DNA of 64,000 bases, from assembly GCA_965197925.1 (NCBI GenBank), contig CBDAOC010000020.1:416001-480000 (forward strand), given 5' to 3'. Both the position numbers and the translations under genes were made by a program. The DNA comes from Nitrososphaerales archaeon (GTDB lineage Archaea; Thermoproteota; Nitrososphaeria; Nitrososphaerales; UBA213). The stretch's first letter is position 1. Each line of letters starts with the position of its first letter. The notes under the pieces are model-generated. The model ran no database searches. It worked only from the letters and a program-made list of their open reading frames with translations, and was not told where the DNA came from. This document shows positions 1-10,330 of this stretch, piece by piece.

Positions 1-2
1 AA

Positions 3-404
3 CTAGAAAATAGGACTCCGATGCCTTTGAAATCGTGTGCTAGATTAGCTTCAAATTTGTTCTTTTCACAGCGATACCCTGTACCATACATAGTTGAAAT
101 TTTGGTTGGAGGATTTGATATGGAAGGATCTGTGGTATTTAACATAGATCTCTTTGGTTCGCTGAACAAAGAGAAGTTTGTTTCTACTGGAAGTGGCTCC
201 CCAGTAGCCTATGGTATTCTTGAAAGTGAATTTAGGGATGATTTGACTCTAGAAGAGGGGGCAGAAGTTGGTGCTAGAGCTATAGCGGCTGCTATCAGGA
301 GAAACGCGGGAACTGGTGATGGAATAGACGTTGTAATAATTGACAAGAATGGATACCGTGAGCTTGCAAGACAGGAGATTCAATCATTCTCCTTTAGTGG
401 TTAA
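3..404 (+). CDS. psmB: Proteasome beta subunit (5' end outside window)
   Basis: Frame open from window start; STGSGSPVAYGILE and RRNAGTGDGIDVVII motifs; directly upstream of aCPSF1 as is usual in archaea. Confidence 0.93.
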   Translation, partial: LENRTPMPLKSCARLASNLFFSQRYPVPYIVEILVGGFDMEGSVVFNIDLFGSLNKEKFVSTGSGSPVAYGILESEFRDDLTLEEGAEVGARAIAAAIRRNAGTGDGIDVVIIDKNGYRELARQEIQSFSFSG

Positions 405-406
405 TA

Positions 407-2338
407 ATGCAGGAAAAGACGAATTGGCAAGGGCAAAACATAATGTCCATTATACTACAGAATATTCCTAGCGATGCCTCTGTAACTAAAATACAGTATG
501 AAGGCCCAAGGATTGCGCTCTACACCAAAAATCCAAAGTATTTACTGGAAAATAACCAGATAATTTCAAACATGGTCAATATGATCAAAAAGCGTGTGGT
601 CATAAGAACCGATGAGTCAATACGTATGAACGAGGAAGAGGCTAGAAACATATTGATGCAGCTGGTGCCAAGAGAATCAGAAGTACAGAGCACTTTCTTT
701 GATACGGCCTTAGGAGAAATAATCGTAGAGGTAAAGAAACCTTGGATACTACATGCACCTGACTTGGGTGAGGATAATTTTAGTATAATAGAGTTTGTTG
801 AAAAAACTGGGTGGAAAATGCGTGTAAAGAAAGCATCTCATATTCCATCCGAAATGATGCAGCAGGTAAACTATAGTTTAAAGATGACGGTAAATGAGAG
901 GATAAAGTTCTACAAGTATGTGGGTGAGCAGATATTCAGGCCAAAATTAGATGAAACTGCAGAGGCTAGTTTGCTTACACTTGGTGGTTTTGGCGAAGTA
1001 GGGCGTTCATGTATGTTATTAACAACTCACGAGAGCAAGATACTACTTGATTGTGGAATAAATCCAGGTGCTAAAGATCCTTTAAACGCATTCCCAAGGC
1101 TTGACTGGGCGAACATCGATCTTAGTGAATTAGATGCAATTGTGTTAAGCCATGCACATCTTGATCATAGTGGTTTCTTGCCTGTATTATTCAAATATGG
1201 TTATCGAGGTCCCATTTACTGCTCAGAACCTACACTCCCCCTGATGACACTTATTCAAACTGATATGATAAAGGTAGCAAAGGTTGAAGGTTCTCTACCA
1301 CTTTACACTGAACGTGATGTCAAGGAAGTTATCAAACATACGATAACACTACCGTTCAGCATGGTTACCGATATTGCGCCTGATGTGAAGTTAGTATTAT
1401 CTAATTCTGGACATATCTTAGGCTCTTCAACTGTGCATCTACACATCGGGAATGGTGATCACAATGTAGTCTATACTGGAGATCTCAAGTATGGAAGAAG
1501 CCAATTGTTAGAGAGTGCATCATGGAATTATCCTAGGGTTGAAACTCTGATCATAGAAAGTACATATGGTGCCAAAGAAGATATTATGCCATCTAGGGAA
1601 GAAGTGGAAATGAACTTTGTTAACACAATTAACAGGACGCTTTCTGAGGGAGGCAAGATCCTAATTCCTGTTCCTGCGGTAGGTAGAGCACAAGAAATAC
1701 TAATGGTTATTGATTCATATATGAAAGCAGGAAAGATGATGGAAGCTCCTGTATTTATTGAGGGAATGATTTCTGAAGCCACAGCAATGCACATAGCTCA
1801 TCCAGAGTATTTGGTAAGAGATCTTAGACAACGTATAATGGAATCTGATGATAATCCTTTCATGTCTGAATACTTTACAATAATAGAGCATATTGATAGA
1901 AGAGAAGAGGCCTTGAAGGATTTACCGGCTATTATAATGGCTACTTCTGGAATGCTTGAAGGTGGTCCAGTGATAGAATATTTTAAAGCAATTTCATCAG
2001 ATGCAAAGAACAAGGTAGTCTTTGTATCATATCAGGTCAATGGAACACTTGGTAGAAGGGTGTTAGACGGTTCCAAGCAGGTTTCAATCATGGGGAGAGA
2101 AAGCAAGATAGAAGTGATTAATATCAATTGTGGTGTGGAGAAGATCGAAGGTTTCAGTGGGCATAGTGATTACAACCAGTTAATATCCTATGTAGGTAAA
2201 CTTCGACCAAAGCTAAGAAGGGTGATAATAGATCATGGGGAGAGACGTAAAGTGGAGAATATGGCAAGTTCCATTGGGAGGATATTTAGGATTCATTCGT
2301 TGCACCCTAGCGTGCAAGAAGCAATTAAGCTAATTTAA
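407..2338 (+). CDS. fttA: aCPSF1/FttA KH + metallo-beta-lactamase/beta-CASP ribonuclease (transcription termination factor)
   Basis: N-terminal YEGPRIALY KH region, SHAHLDH motif, GFSGHSD C-terminal motif, 643 aa. Confidence 0.95.
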   Translation: MQEKTNWQGQNIMSIILQNIPSDASVTKIQYEGPRIALYTKNPKYLLENNQIISNMVNMIKKRVVIRTDESIRMNEEEARNILMQLVPRESEVQSTFFDTALGEIIVEVKKPWILHAPDLGEDNFSIIEFVEKTGWKMRVKKASHIPSEMMQQVNYSLKMTVNERIKFYKYVGEQIFRPKLDETAEASLLTLGGFGEVGRSCMLLTTHESKILLDCGINPGAKDPLNAFPRLDWANIDLSELDAIVLSHAHLDHSGFLPVLFKYGYRGPIYCSEPTLPLMTLIQTDMIKVAKVEGSLPLYTERDVKEVIKHTITLPFSMVTDIAPDVKLVLSNSGHILGSSTVHLHIGNGDHNVVYTGDLKYGRSQLLESASWNYPRVETLIIESTYGAKEDIMPSREEVEMNFVNTINRTLSEGGKILIPVPAVGRAQEILMVIDSYMKAGKMMEAPVFIEGMISEATAMHIAHPEYLVRDLRQRIMESDDNPFMSEYFTIIEHIDRREEALKDLPAIIMATSGMLEGGPVIEYFKAISSDAKNKVVFVSYQVNGTLGRRVLDGSKQVSIMGRESKIEVININCGVEKIEGFSGHSDYNQLISYVGKLRPKLRRVIIDHGERRKVENMASSIGRIFRIHSLHPSVQEAIKLI

Positions 2339-2396
2339 GGCAAAAATAATATTGTAAAATGGATGTATATATTCGGCATTAACTTTTCATATAGCA

Positions 2397-2612
2397 TCAG
2401 TTCTTCGTCTGGGCTGTGGGGACTTCAGTGCTATACCATGTGTACTTGTGCTTTATACCATACCTGGCTAATGCGTTCAGAATTATGTTCTGTACCTCAT
2501 CTACTGAAGCGCTGTGGAAGACACTAATATTTCGAGAAGTCGTCCTCCTATACTTGCCTTTTTCCAACTCGTGAATGACTATTCTTATTCTCTTCTCATT
2601 ATCTTCGCTCAT
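2397..2612 (-). CDS. Small hypothetical protein
   Basis: 71 aa ORF filling an intergenic gap, GGGTGA RBS-like sequence just upstream; no recognised family. Confidence 0.55.
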   Translation of the reverse strand: MSEDNEKRIRIVIHELEKGKYRRTTSRNISVFHSASVDEVQNIILNALARYGIKHKYTWYSTEVPTAQTKN

Positions 2613-2809
2613 ATCACCCCATTCTCACTACTGGTATATTGATCTTGTGGTTTAGTTGACTCCCAGAGTAATAACTGAGATCTAGTCTAACAAATTTGTC
2701 GGTTAGGTAACTTCAATCTTGCTTGTTCACTTTTTTATATGAATTCGAAGTAAATAGGGTGCAAAAAGCAACATCTCTGGAGTATTCGAAACAACAAATC
2801 TTTGAAAGT

Positions 2810-3694
2810 ATGAAGCTTGTAGATTACAAAGATTTTCATGAATTCGCAAGGCACCATAAGCAAGTGAGAGTTGGAAATGTGATGATACCAATAGCAAGAG
2901 CAATATCAATCAAGAACTTTACCCCACCTAGTGGTTACAAGCATGAGTCCTTTACGATATGGTCGTTTCCTGATAGAGGAGACTGGTCAACACATGACGG
3001 AAAGTATAGGGGTAACTGGAGCCCATATATACCTCACAATCTGATATGGAAGTATACGGAAGTAGGGGACACGGTTCTTGATCAGATGATGGGTAGTGGT
3101 ACTACAATCGTTGAGTGCAAATTGCTTGGTAGAAATGCAATAGGCGTTGATGTAAATTATAATTCAATAATGGTAGCTTTGGATAGATTGAATTTTGACT
3201 ATGATAGCAATGTTACCCTCAAAACGTATCAAGGCAATGCTTGCAACTTGAATCAAATCAAAGATGATAGTGTTGATTTGATTGCAACCCATCCACCATA
3301 TGCTGCTATAATTCCATATTCAAGAGCGGAGATCAAGGCGGACCTGTCTGCACTATCTATCGATAATTATTTGCGTCAGATGCAATTAGTTGCAGAAGAA
3401 TGTTTCAGGGTTGTCAAGCCTGGGAAGCATTGCGGGATACTTATAGGAGACACTAGAAAGCACAGACATTATGTACCTATTTCACATAACGTACTTCATA
3501 TATTTCTGAATTCAGGTTTCATTCTTAAAGAGGATATTATAAAAGTACAACATAAGACAAAAATGACAAGAGAGGTATGGCGAGGTTCTAACTATGATTT
3601 TTATAAAATAGCACATGAGCATCTATATGTTTTTAGAAAACCGTTAAGGAATGAAAAAACCCAACAGTACAAACACAGCAAGAATTTATTATGA
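2810..3694 (+). CDS. Amino-methyltransferase (N4-C/N6-A DNA MTase, TRM11-like), orphan
   Basis: Motif I DQMMGSGTT, motif IV variant THPPY, HEHLYVF C-terminus; ATG at 2810 preferred over TTG at 2723. Confidence 0.85.
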   Translation: MKLVDYKDFHEFARHHKQVRVGNVMIPIARAISIKNFTPPSGYKHESFTIWSFPDRGDWSTHDGKYRGNWSPYIPHNLIWKYTEVGDTVLDQMMGSGTTIVECKLLGRNAIGVDVNYNSIMVALDRLNFDYDSNVTLKTYQGNACNLNQIKDDSVDLIATHPPYAAIIPYSRAEIKADLSALSIDNYLRQMQLVAEECFRVVKPGKHCGILIGDTRKHRHYVPISHNVLHIFLNSGFILKEDIIKVQHKTKMTREVWRGSNYDFYKIAHEHLYVFRKPLRNEKTQQYKHSKNLL

Positions 3695-3769
3695 AAAATT
3701 ATTAGCTTGGTTTCAAATTGTTCGTTAATGAAGTAATATATATAATATAAAAAATATTTTTTATAACAA

Positions 3770-4048
3770 TCACTTCATATCATAAGCTCCTTTCCACACT
3801 TTAACGCCCGGCGGGGTTATCACAATTCTTTCTTCACCAAGCCTTGCAATATCACCTTCTATAGACTGTACGAATTTGTAAAGTTCTTCTATGACTTTTT
3901 TCAATTCGTCAATATTTTTTTGTGCTAACGGAGTAACTCTGATTATAAGCACATTATGTTTTTTCACATCGTGCTTGATTTCATCAAGATCAGTTGAATC
4001 CCGTAAAGTTATTGACTTCACATATGTTGGTTGTTTATGCCCTTGCAT
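3770..4048 (-). CDS. sepF: Cell division protein SepF
   Basis: GDIARLGEERIVITPPGVKV signature, 92 aa, GAGGTG RBS. Confidence 0.88.
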   Translation of the reverse strand: MQGHKQPTYVKSITLRDSTDLDEIKHDVKKHNVLIIRVTPLAQKNIDELKKVIEELYKFVQSIEGDIARLGEERIVITPPGVKVWKGAYDMK

Positions 4049-4117
4049 TAATCAACAACACCTCTTTGAGCAGATATCCTTGCCTATCAACACTGATTAA
4101 CATGAAGCTTAAAGAGA

Positions 4118-5122
4118 CTAAATTCTATATGAATTTAGCTGTTCATCAGCTATTGATGAAACAGTAATTTCCTCTAAGTTGTCACCCCTTTTGATTGTTA
4201 AAAGGCATTTTTCGCCTATAGATGCATCCGAATACCTATTCACTATAGAAGATGCCAGCTCTATTGTCCCGTACTCGCAACCACCTCGAAGTAGGGCTGC
4301 CGGTCCCACGTATTCCTTTACTTCTATCAGCAAGTCATCACGAAGAGCTAATGAACTTATAATATCATTTTCTTGTTTGTTTCTTCCGACGACTAGTTTT
4401 GTATGACTTGTAAGTCTAAAATGCCTTCCAACTTTCAACAATTCAGTATCATTCAGTGTAGGATTAGAGGTATAATCTAAAAGATCCTTTACTCTCTTTG
4501 CAAATTGGGGATCTGTTAACAAACATCCTCCAGCTGAATTAGGATAATCCGTAATACCAAAGTTTTTAGCAAGTTGGATTTGAGTTTTTCTACTTCTCCC
4601 TTTTATACTCAACAGTTGGTCTCTATTTACCAAGCCTCCCTTCTCAGCTTTGGTTTCGGGTAATTGTTTAGCTGATAACGGTCTTAATATCTCTCCTTCC
4701 AACGAACACTCTTGCTCAATGATCTTCAATGCTCTTGGATTCTGGCTCATAGGTCTCTGTTCTAAAACTTCACCTGTAATGATAAATTTAGCATCGATTC
4801 TTTGCATATGATCTTTGGCAACTTTGAACATCATCTCCCTACAATCAATGCAAGGATTCATCCCAGAGCCATAACCATGTTTAGGATTTTTCAGCATCGA
4901 TAAATATTCATCACCAAGATAGAGTGTTTCTAACTTGACATCAAGCATCTCAGCTACTTCTTTAACTCTATATCCACAACCGTGTCCACAATCAAAATCA
5001 CAGAATGGAGTCTTTATTGCAATCGCGTTTACATCTATACCTTGTTCCTTCATTAATTTAACAGCAAGGGTACTGTCCAACCCACCGGAAAGCAATGCCA
5101 CGGCTTTTGGTTTTTCTTCCAT
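4118..5122 (-). CDS. ThiI/MnmA-like PP-loop tRNA thiolation protein with C-terminal DUF814/NFACT-R domain
   Basis: SGGLDS PP-loop, NPCIDC, GEVLEQRPMSQ, AGGCLLTD, VVGRNKQEN. Confidence 0.8.
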   Translation of the reverse strand: MEEKPKAVALLSGGLDSTLAVKLMKEQGIDVNAIAIKTPFCDFDCGHGCGYRVKEVAEMLDVKLETLYLGDEYLSMLKNPKHGYGSGMNPCIDCREMMFKVAKDHMQRIDAKFIITGEVLEQRPMSQNPRALKIIEQECSLEGEILRPLSAKQLPETKAEKGGLVNRDQLLSIKGRSRKTQIQLAKNFGITDYPNSAGGCLLTDPQFAKRVKDLLDYTSNPTLNDTELLKVGRHFRLTSHTKLVVGRNKQENDIISSLALRDDLLIEVKEYVGPAALLRGGCEYGTIELASSIVNRYSDASIGEKCLLTIKRGDNLEEITVSSIADEQLNSYRI

Positions 5123-5927
5123 TTACAAGTGAACCACATTACCTCTATGTAAATGTTGAGTGTTGAATTATATTTAACAAATCATAAACAAGGTTAATCT
5201 AAAAGAGAGAACTATTTTCAATAGTTATATCAACTACTTACATCATCACCTAAAGATATTTTATGCCTTTTGCCTCTAGGAGAAATTATTGAAGGTGATT
5301 TTATATGCCCGCTCTTTGATCATAAGATTTTTTTCCTTTATAACCGATTGGATCAGCTTAATTTGTGACAACAAAGAATGAAGATTCTATCTATGCGGAT
5401 TATGTTTAATTAATCGAAGTCACCTCATACTTCATACTAATAGCCTCTTATATGACACATTTGCCCTTAGGAATGATCAACCCTAATATTTCTACACAGT
5501 TCCGATTTACAATATATTTAAAGCAGGATGAGTAGATTCGATTATCAAAGAGATCTTTTGACTGATTTGCATAAGAGAGCTCAGTCAATCAACTTGAAAA
5601 ACCTAACATATTTTACACTACTTTCCTAAGTTATTATTCTAACCATTTCCTTGTCTTGGTTATGGACATTCACATTTTGCATTCTTTTATTAATACTATT
5701 TTATCACTGAAACTATATGAGCTAAGCTGTAATCATGCACGAATAGGTGACAAATTTTGTTATTTTTTGAGTTCCCACTTTTTTAGTATAATACCAAATT
5801 AAGAGGAAATTATATGGACAAGAAAGCAAAGGCAAGGATCTAATAAAGATTTTTTATAGAAATATCCAGCCTAATGTTGATACGATTAGTCTAATTGATA
5901 ATTACTTCAAATGAAATTCGGGATTTA

Positions 5928-6353
5928 TCATCTAGTAATTCTTTCTCTTAATTCAGACCGAGTCTTTTCTAAGTGACATGAAATACATAATGTCCATAAA
6001 TTTGATTCATCGAATTCTTTTCCACCCATGAACAATGGCATTATATGATCAACTTGTAGGTTTCTCTTGTTGAACTTGTTTACCTTGATTCTACTCTTTC
6101 TATCTCCGCATTTTTGACATGTGAATTTATCCCTTCTCATTATCTTTATCCTTAGCAGTCGCCAGTTGTTCTTAACGTAAAAATCCCAGGAGCATTTGTT
6201 AGAACAATACTTTGCATCTGATCTTCTTCCTATAACTGGACATCCACAGTTCAAACAAAGCTTATTCTTGTTCCCATCATAACTATTCCTATACCGGCGT
6301 AGGGAAATATGTTTCCGCCTTACGAATTGAATCTTTGCGGTAGCCAATACCAA
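5928..6353 (-). CDS. HNH endonuclease with N-terminal zinc finger
   Basis: CxxC..YCSxxC finger, RDKFTCQKCG, VDHIMP..GG..NLWTLCISCH. Confidence 0.85.
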   Translation of the reverse strand: MVLATAKIQFVRRKHISLRRYRNSYDGNKNKLCLNCGCPVIGRRSDAKYCSNKCSWDFYVKNNWRLLRIKIMRRDKFTCQKCGDRKSRIKVNKFNKRNLQVDHIMPLFMGGKEFDESNLWTLCISCHLEKTRSELRERITR

Positions 6354-6467
6354 TTTGAGTACTATTGTAAATATAAGACGTCAGATGTAATATATCTTAG
6401 TAACTGTGAAAGAAACTTTCGCAACAGGGAAGCAAGACTAAAAAGGATAAGATATAGAATTGATAGT

Positions 6468-7529
6468 ATGTTAAGGAATGATATCCTTCTGAAGGAAGCT
6501 TCGCGAATTAATTGTAACGCGTTAATTGTTTTTGAACCTGAAAACGTTTTTTATGTAACTGGTTTCTGGGGAAACGCCATAGCAGTTGTAAATGAAAATG
6601 GTACGAAACTTATAGTTCCAAAACTTGAAATGGAAAGGGCTAAGAAAAGGAGTAATTATAACAAAGTAATACTTGCAGATTATGACAGCAACATTCTTGA
6701 AACTTTACTTTTAAACCTGGAAAATAATACATTCTGCACAGATTGCAGTAATATTGGAGTGTATGAAAAGATCAAAAGGAAAATTCGAAATAATCTTGTT
6801 TATTCAACAGAGCCATTCTATCAATCTAGAATGGTCAAGGACAGTACCGAGATAAAAATTATGACGATTGCGAATGAAATTGTTGATAAGTTATTTGCCA
6901 CATGTAAGATAGCTATCAGGGTTGGAATTACGGAAATGCATTTGCAAACTATTTTGCTTTACAAAGCTATGAAATTGGGAGCTTTTTCCCCCTCTTACAA
7001 GTACGTGCTATCACCGTTGATAATAGCCTCAGGTATTAATTCTGTACTCCCGCATGCAGAACCTTCTGACAGGAAGATAAAGAGGGGAGATCTTGTCACT
7101 GTAGATCTTACATTAAGATACAAAGGATATATTGCAGACGCAACAAGAACGTTTGCAGTTGGAAGAATTAGTGCTGAGGCAAGGAAAATTTATAGCATAG
7201 TTAAGGATGCGCAGGAAGCCGGGTTAGATGCTGCTAAGACAGGGGCAACTTGTGCTAAAATAGATAATGTCTGCCGTTCTTTGATAGAGAGAAGAGGTCA
7301 AGGAGCGCACTTCATACACTCCACTGGCCATGGCATCGGTTTAGAAGTGCATGAACCACCGTGGATAAGAATGAAAAATGAGCAGGTTTTAGAAAGAAAT
7401 ATGACTATTACTATAGAACCAGGAATATACATTCCGAACAAATTTGGAGTGAGGATAGAGGATAGCCTCGTAGTAGATAAAAAAGCAAAACCATTGAACA
7501 GATATACCAAGGAAATACTGGTACTTTAA
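6468..7529 (+). CDS. Xaa-Pro peptidase (M24 family)
   Basis: DATRT, HSTGHGIGLEVHE, TIEPGIY, GVRIED; start moved to ATG 6468 to avoid overlap with the HNH gene. Confidence 0.93.
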   Translation: MLRNDILLKEASRINCNALIVFEPENVFYVTGFWGNAIAVVNENGTKLIVPKLEMERAKKRSNYNKVILADYDSNILETLLLNLENNTFCTDCSNIGVYEKIKRKIRNNLVYSTEPFYQSRMVKDSTEIKIMTIANEIVDKLFATCKIAIRVGITEMHLQTILLYKAMKLGAFSPSYKYVLSPLIIASGINSVLPHAEPSDRKIKRGDLVTVDLTLRYKGYIADATRTFAVGRISAEARKIYSIVKDAQEAGLDAAKTGATCAKIDNVCRSLIERRGQGAHFIHSTGHGIGLEVHEPPWIRMKNEQVLERNMTITIEPGIYIPNKFGVRIEDSLVVDKKAKPLNRYTKEILVL

Positions 7530-8277
7530 AAAATTATATATTATCCATTATTTCCTTTATACTTCTTGAACACTTCTTCAAACTACATTAACCGCCAAAA
7601 TGTTCAAATCTATAGCCATTTCATACACTATTTCCATTTTATTCCTGTTATTTGCAAATGTGATTAGGTTTTCATTGCATTTCAACTAAATGATTCTCAA
7701 TTGTTACTAATTTAAAAAAATGGAAAATATATTTTGGAACATCAGAATTGTGAAAAATGGAAAATGTTATGAGTCAATCCAATGAGGAGGATAAATATAC
7801 TTAATCCACGGAGTGTGATGAACAAATATCATCTCATGTTTTTAATGGGGACTTTATTCATGAAGTAAAATGAGAGTCAAGTATTAATGCTTGTACTTTT
7901 ACACAGAGTAAAAAATTAATGACATTAAGTTATCAACTGCTGAATCCTCGATCCAAAAATACTTGATCAGATCGCGAAAGCATTACGTATTAGCTACTGT
8001 AAATAAAGTAAAGTGTTCATTAAGACTAACAAAGCGATACACTAAATAATGTCCAAACATGAGGGGGGGGAACATTCAAAGCTGAAGGAACCAAGAATTT
8101 TTGATATCTTAAATATACTCACTAACGATAAGGAGACATTTAGGTTTGAATTTTTAGAAAGATGACCTCAATTCACTTAAATGATAATTATACTGTATAA
8201 TTTTGTTGAACAGGTGAATAGTCTTTTACCAACATTGCCATTTAAACCAGTATTATTATTGTGATCAATGATATACA

Positions 8278-8577
8278 TTGAAAGCCTACATGGAAATTAG
8301 GGTCGAGCCAGGAAATGATGTTGAAAAGATTGTTGAGAATATTAAGAGGTCAGAAGGGGTAAGGGAAGTGTGTAGAGTAATTGGACGTGTAGACATAGTA
8401 GTTACAGTTGAGGGACGGGATTTGAAACATTTGTCTGATATATCTCTAGAGAGAATTTCTGCGGTAAGAGGTGTCTCAATAGGTCAAACGCTTGTTTGTG
8501 TTGAACCTGAAACTCTACCACAGTCATCAGTTCCCTCGACATCATCAGAAGAGGTACCGGCAATATCATTTAGCTGA
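8278..8577 (+). CDS. Standalone Lrp/AsnC ligand-binding (RAM) domain protein
   Basis: MKAYMEIRVEPG..V.G.VDIVV.VE pattern; Ser/Pro-rich tail. Confidence 0.75.
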   Translation: MKAYMEIRVEPGNDVEKIVENIKRSEGVREVCRVIGRVDIVVTVEGRDLKHLSDISLERISAVRGVSIGQTLVCVEPETLPQSSVPSTSSEEVPAISFS

Positions 8578-8598
8578 GGTGAAAACCTCAATTTTTTT
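8575..8598 (+). terminator. Hairpin (TGAGGT-GAAA-ACCTCA) followed by T7 tract
   Basis: Perfect 6-bp stem, GNRA loop, T-run immediately after the stop codon. Confidence 0.55.
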
Positions 8599-9230
8599 GA
8601 GAATTTGTCCAATATCATCATGATATATTACGTTAGGAGATTCGGAACTAATGGTTTAGGTTTTTGCCACCAATCTCTCCCCTAGAGCTTCTGCCTTTAG
8701 GTTGGTTCTTTCTGATGTAATCGACCTAAATATGGGTTCTAATTCCAATAGACCTACTTACAATTCAATCTCTGACAATATTGGGACTTATAATGTAGAA
8801 GTTTAGGTAAGTATTGTAGTATGGCATATTAGATAGAAAGTTTGTTAAATAGTAATGTGGAATATATCCATTTTTTCATTAAGATAATATTTGAACATGT
8901 CCTAATTAGATTCTCTACGGATGACATTTAATTTCAACCATCAGTTCCACTATATTATGTTGGTTCTAGCATATGTTAGTCAGAAAAACCTTCTCTCGAT
9001 TAATATATTCTAAAAAGGGTTTATTGAGGTTAGAGTAAGGTCAAAAAGGCGTATATCTGACGATGTTAGATTCTAACATTTGAACAGATGTCAGTCAGCA
9101 TTGAATTATATGCGAAGCCTAGATGTAACAGTTTTCTTGTAAAATTGTACCATTCCTGTACTTTGATAAACAATGTTATGAATCTGATATGTAATTTTTC
9201 GGAACCTGCTGATCTGATATAAAATATACT

Positions 9231-10110
9231 CAACTCATCTCAAAACCCTACAATACATCAAAAATGATGCGAGATTAACAAATGCCAGGTAGTTTTCTGC
9301 CGTTCTTTCATACCTGGTTCTTGTTCTGTGAAATCCATTCTTGAGCCATGCAAGGAATCTCTCAACTACAAATCTTGTCTTGCTGTAATGTTTGCAATCA
9401 TTATTTTGCAAGATGAACTTGGAATTTATTTTGTATGGGATGCAACATGCAATATTTCTATTCCACAACCACAAATACATTCTGATGTATTTTGCATCAT
9501 TTTGTCTGCATAAACTGGTTCTATCTGTTGTATTGAATCATCATCAAGATAGTCTGAAATTGATCCTGTAACATCCATGCATTTTGTACTGTCATGTTCA
9601 TTTGCTGGACTCAACAGTATGGATATTGGAAATCCGTTACTCTCTACTGCGGCATGTATTTTTGTACCTGTTATTCTCTTGAATCCATTATATCCAGTTA
9701 CATTGCCCCTTTTTTATCAGGAATGGATGAAGAGTCAACTGATATTTTTTGTAGATTAATTTTGCCAGATTTATGTGCTGAGTGAATAGTACGTGATAGA
9801 ATCTTTTTCCAGATTCCTTTTTGTTGCCATTTGTTTAACCTTCTGTTTGCAGTAGAATCATCACCATATCTTTTTGGCATATCGTCCCATCGGCATCCAG
9901 TAGTTAGAACATGGATTATTCCGTTAATGATTTTTCTATCATAATCCCTAGGCCTGCCAGTTTTTGCATGTGGTGGTATGTGTGATTCCATCATACTCCA
10001 CTGTTTGTCTGATAATTCTTGGAATTTCATAAAATAATTTTAGATGTCGCTATTCATAGATCTAAATGGCCGCTAAAAATTGTCTAAATGGTTAGTTTTG
10101 AGATGAGTTG
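9231..10110 (-). mobile_element. IS5-family element (two-ORF type), defective; copy A1
   Basis: 16-bp TIR CAACTCATCTCAAAAC; 3-bp flanking duplication ACT; orfA 9698-10030 (W..P..GRPR..TGCRW), AAAAAAGGGG slippery site, orfB broken near 9510. Confidence 0.92.
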
Positions 10111-10330
10111 ACTATTGGTCACATTTAGGTAGTTCTGACGATTACAATACTTGCAAAAATGCATTATTGAGAAAAGATATTATGAGCAGAAGGGAATTAC
10201 TTAGGTGGATAAGGTTTTAGAAGATGGGTACACAGTGATTGTATAGATTACTAAGATGCTCTTATCCCCCAGAGAAAAGATGTGTAGTTCTAATTACAAT
10301 GATCGTACCAAATTATTCAATCTATAAAGA

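Noticed and set aside
4035..4103. 22-codon ORF overlapping the sepF start
   Set aside because: Short, no motif, and sepF has its own RBS; likely chance.
6309..6467. N-terminal extension of the M24 peptidase
   Set aside because: Overlaps the divergent HNH gene and promoter space; ATG 6468 gives a typical length.
8640..8790. Possible decayed gene on the minus strand
   Set aside because: Too degraded to assign without a search.
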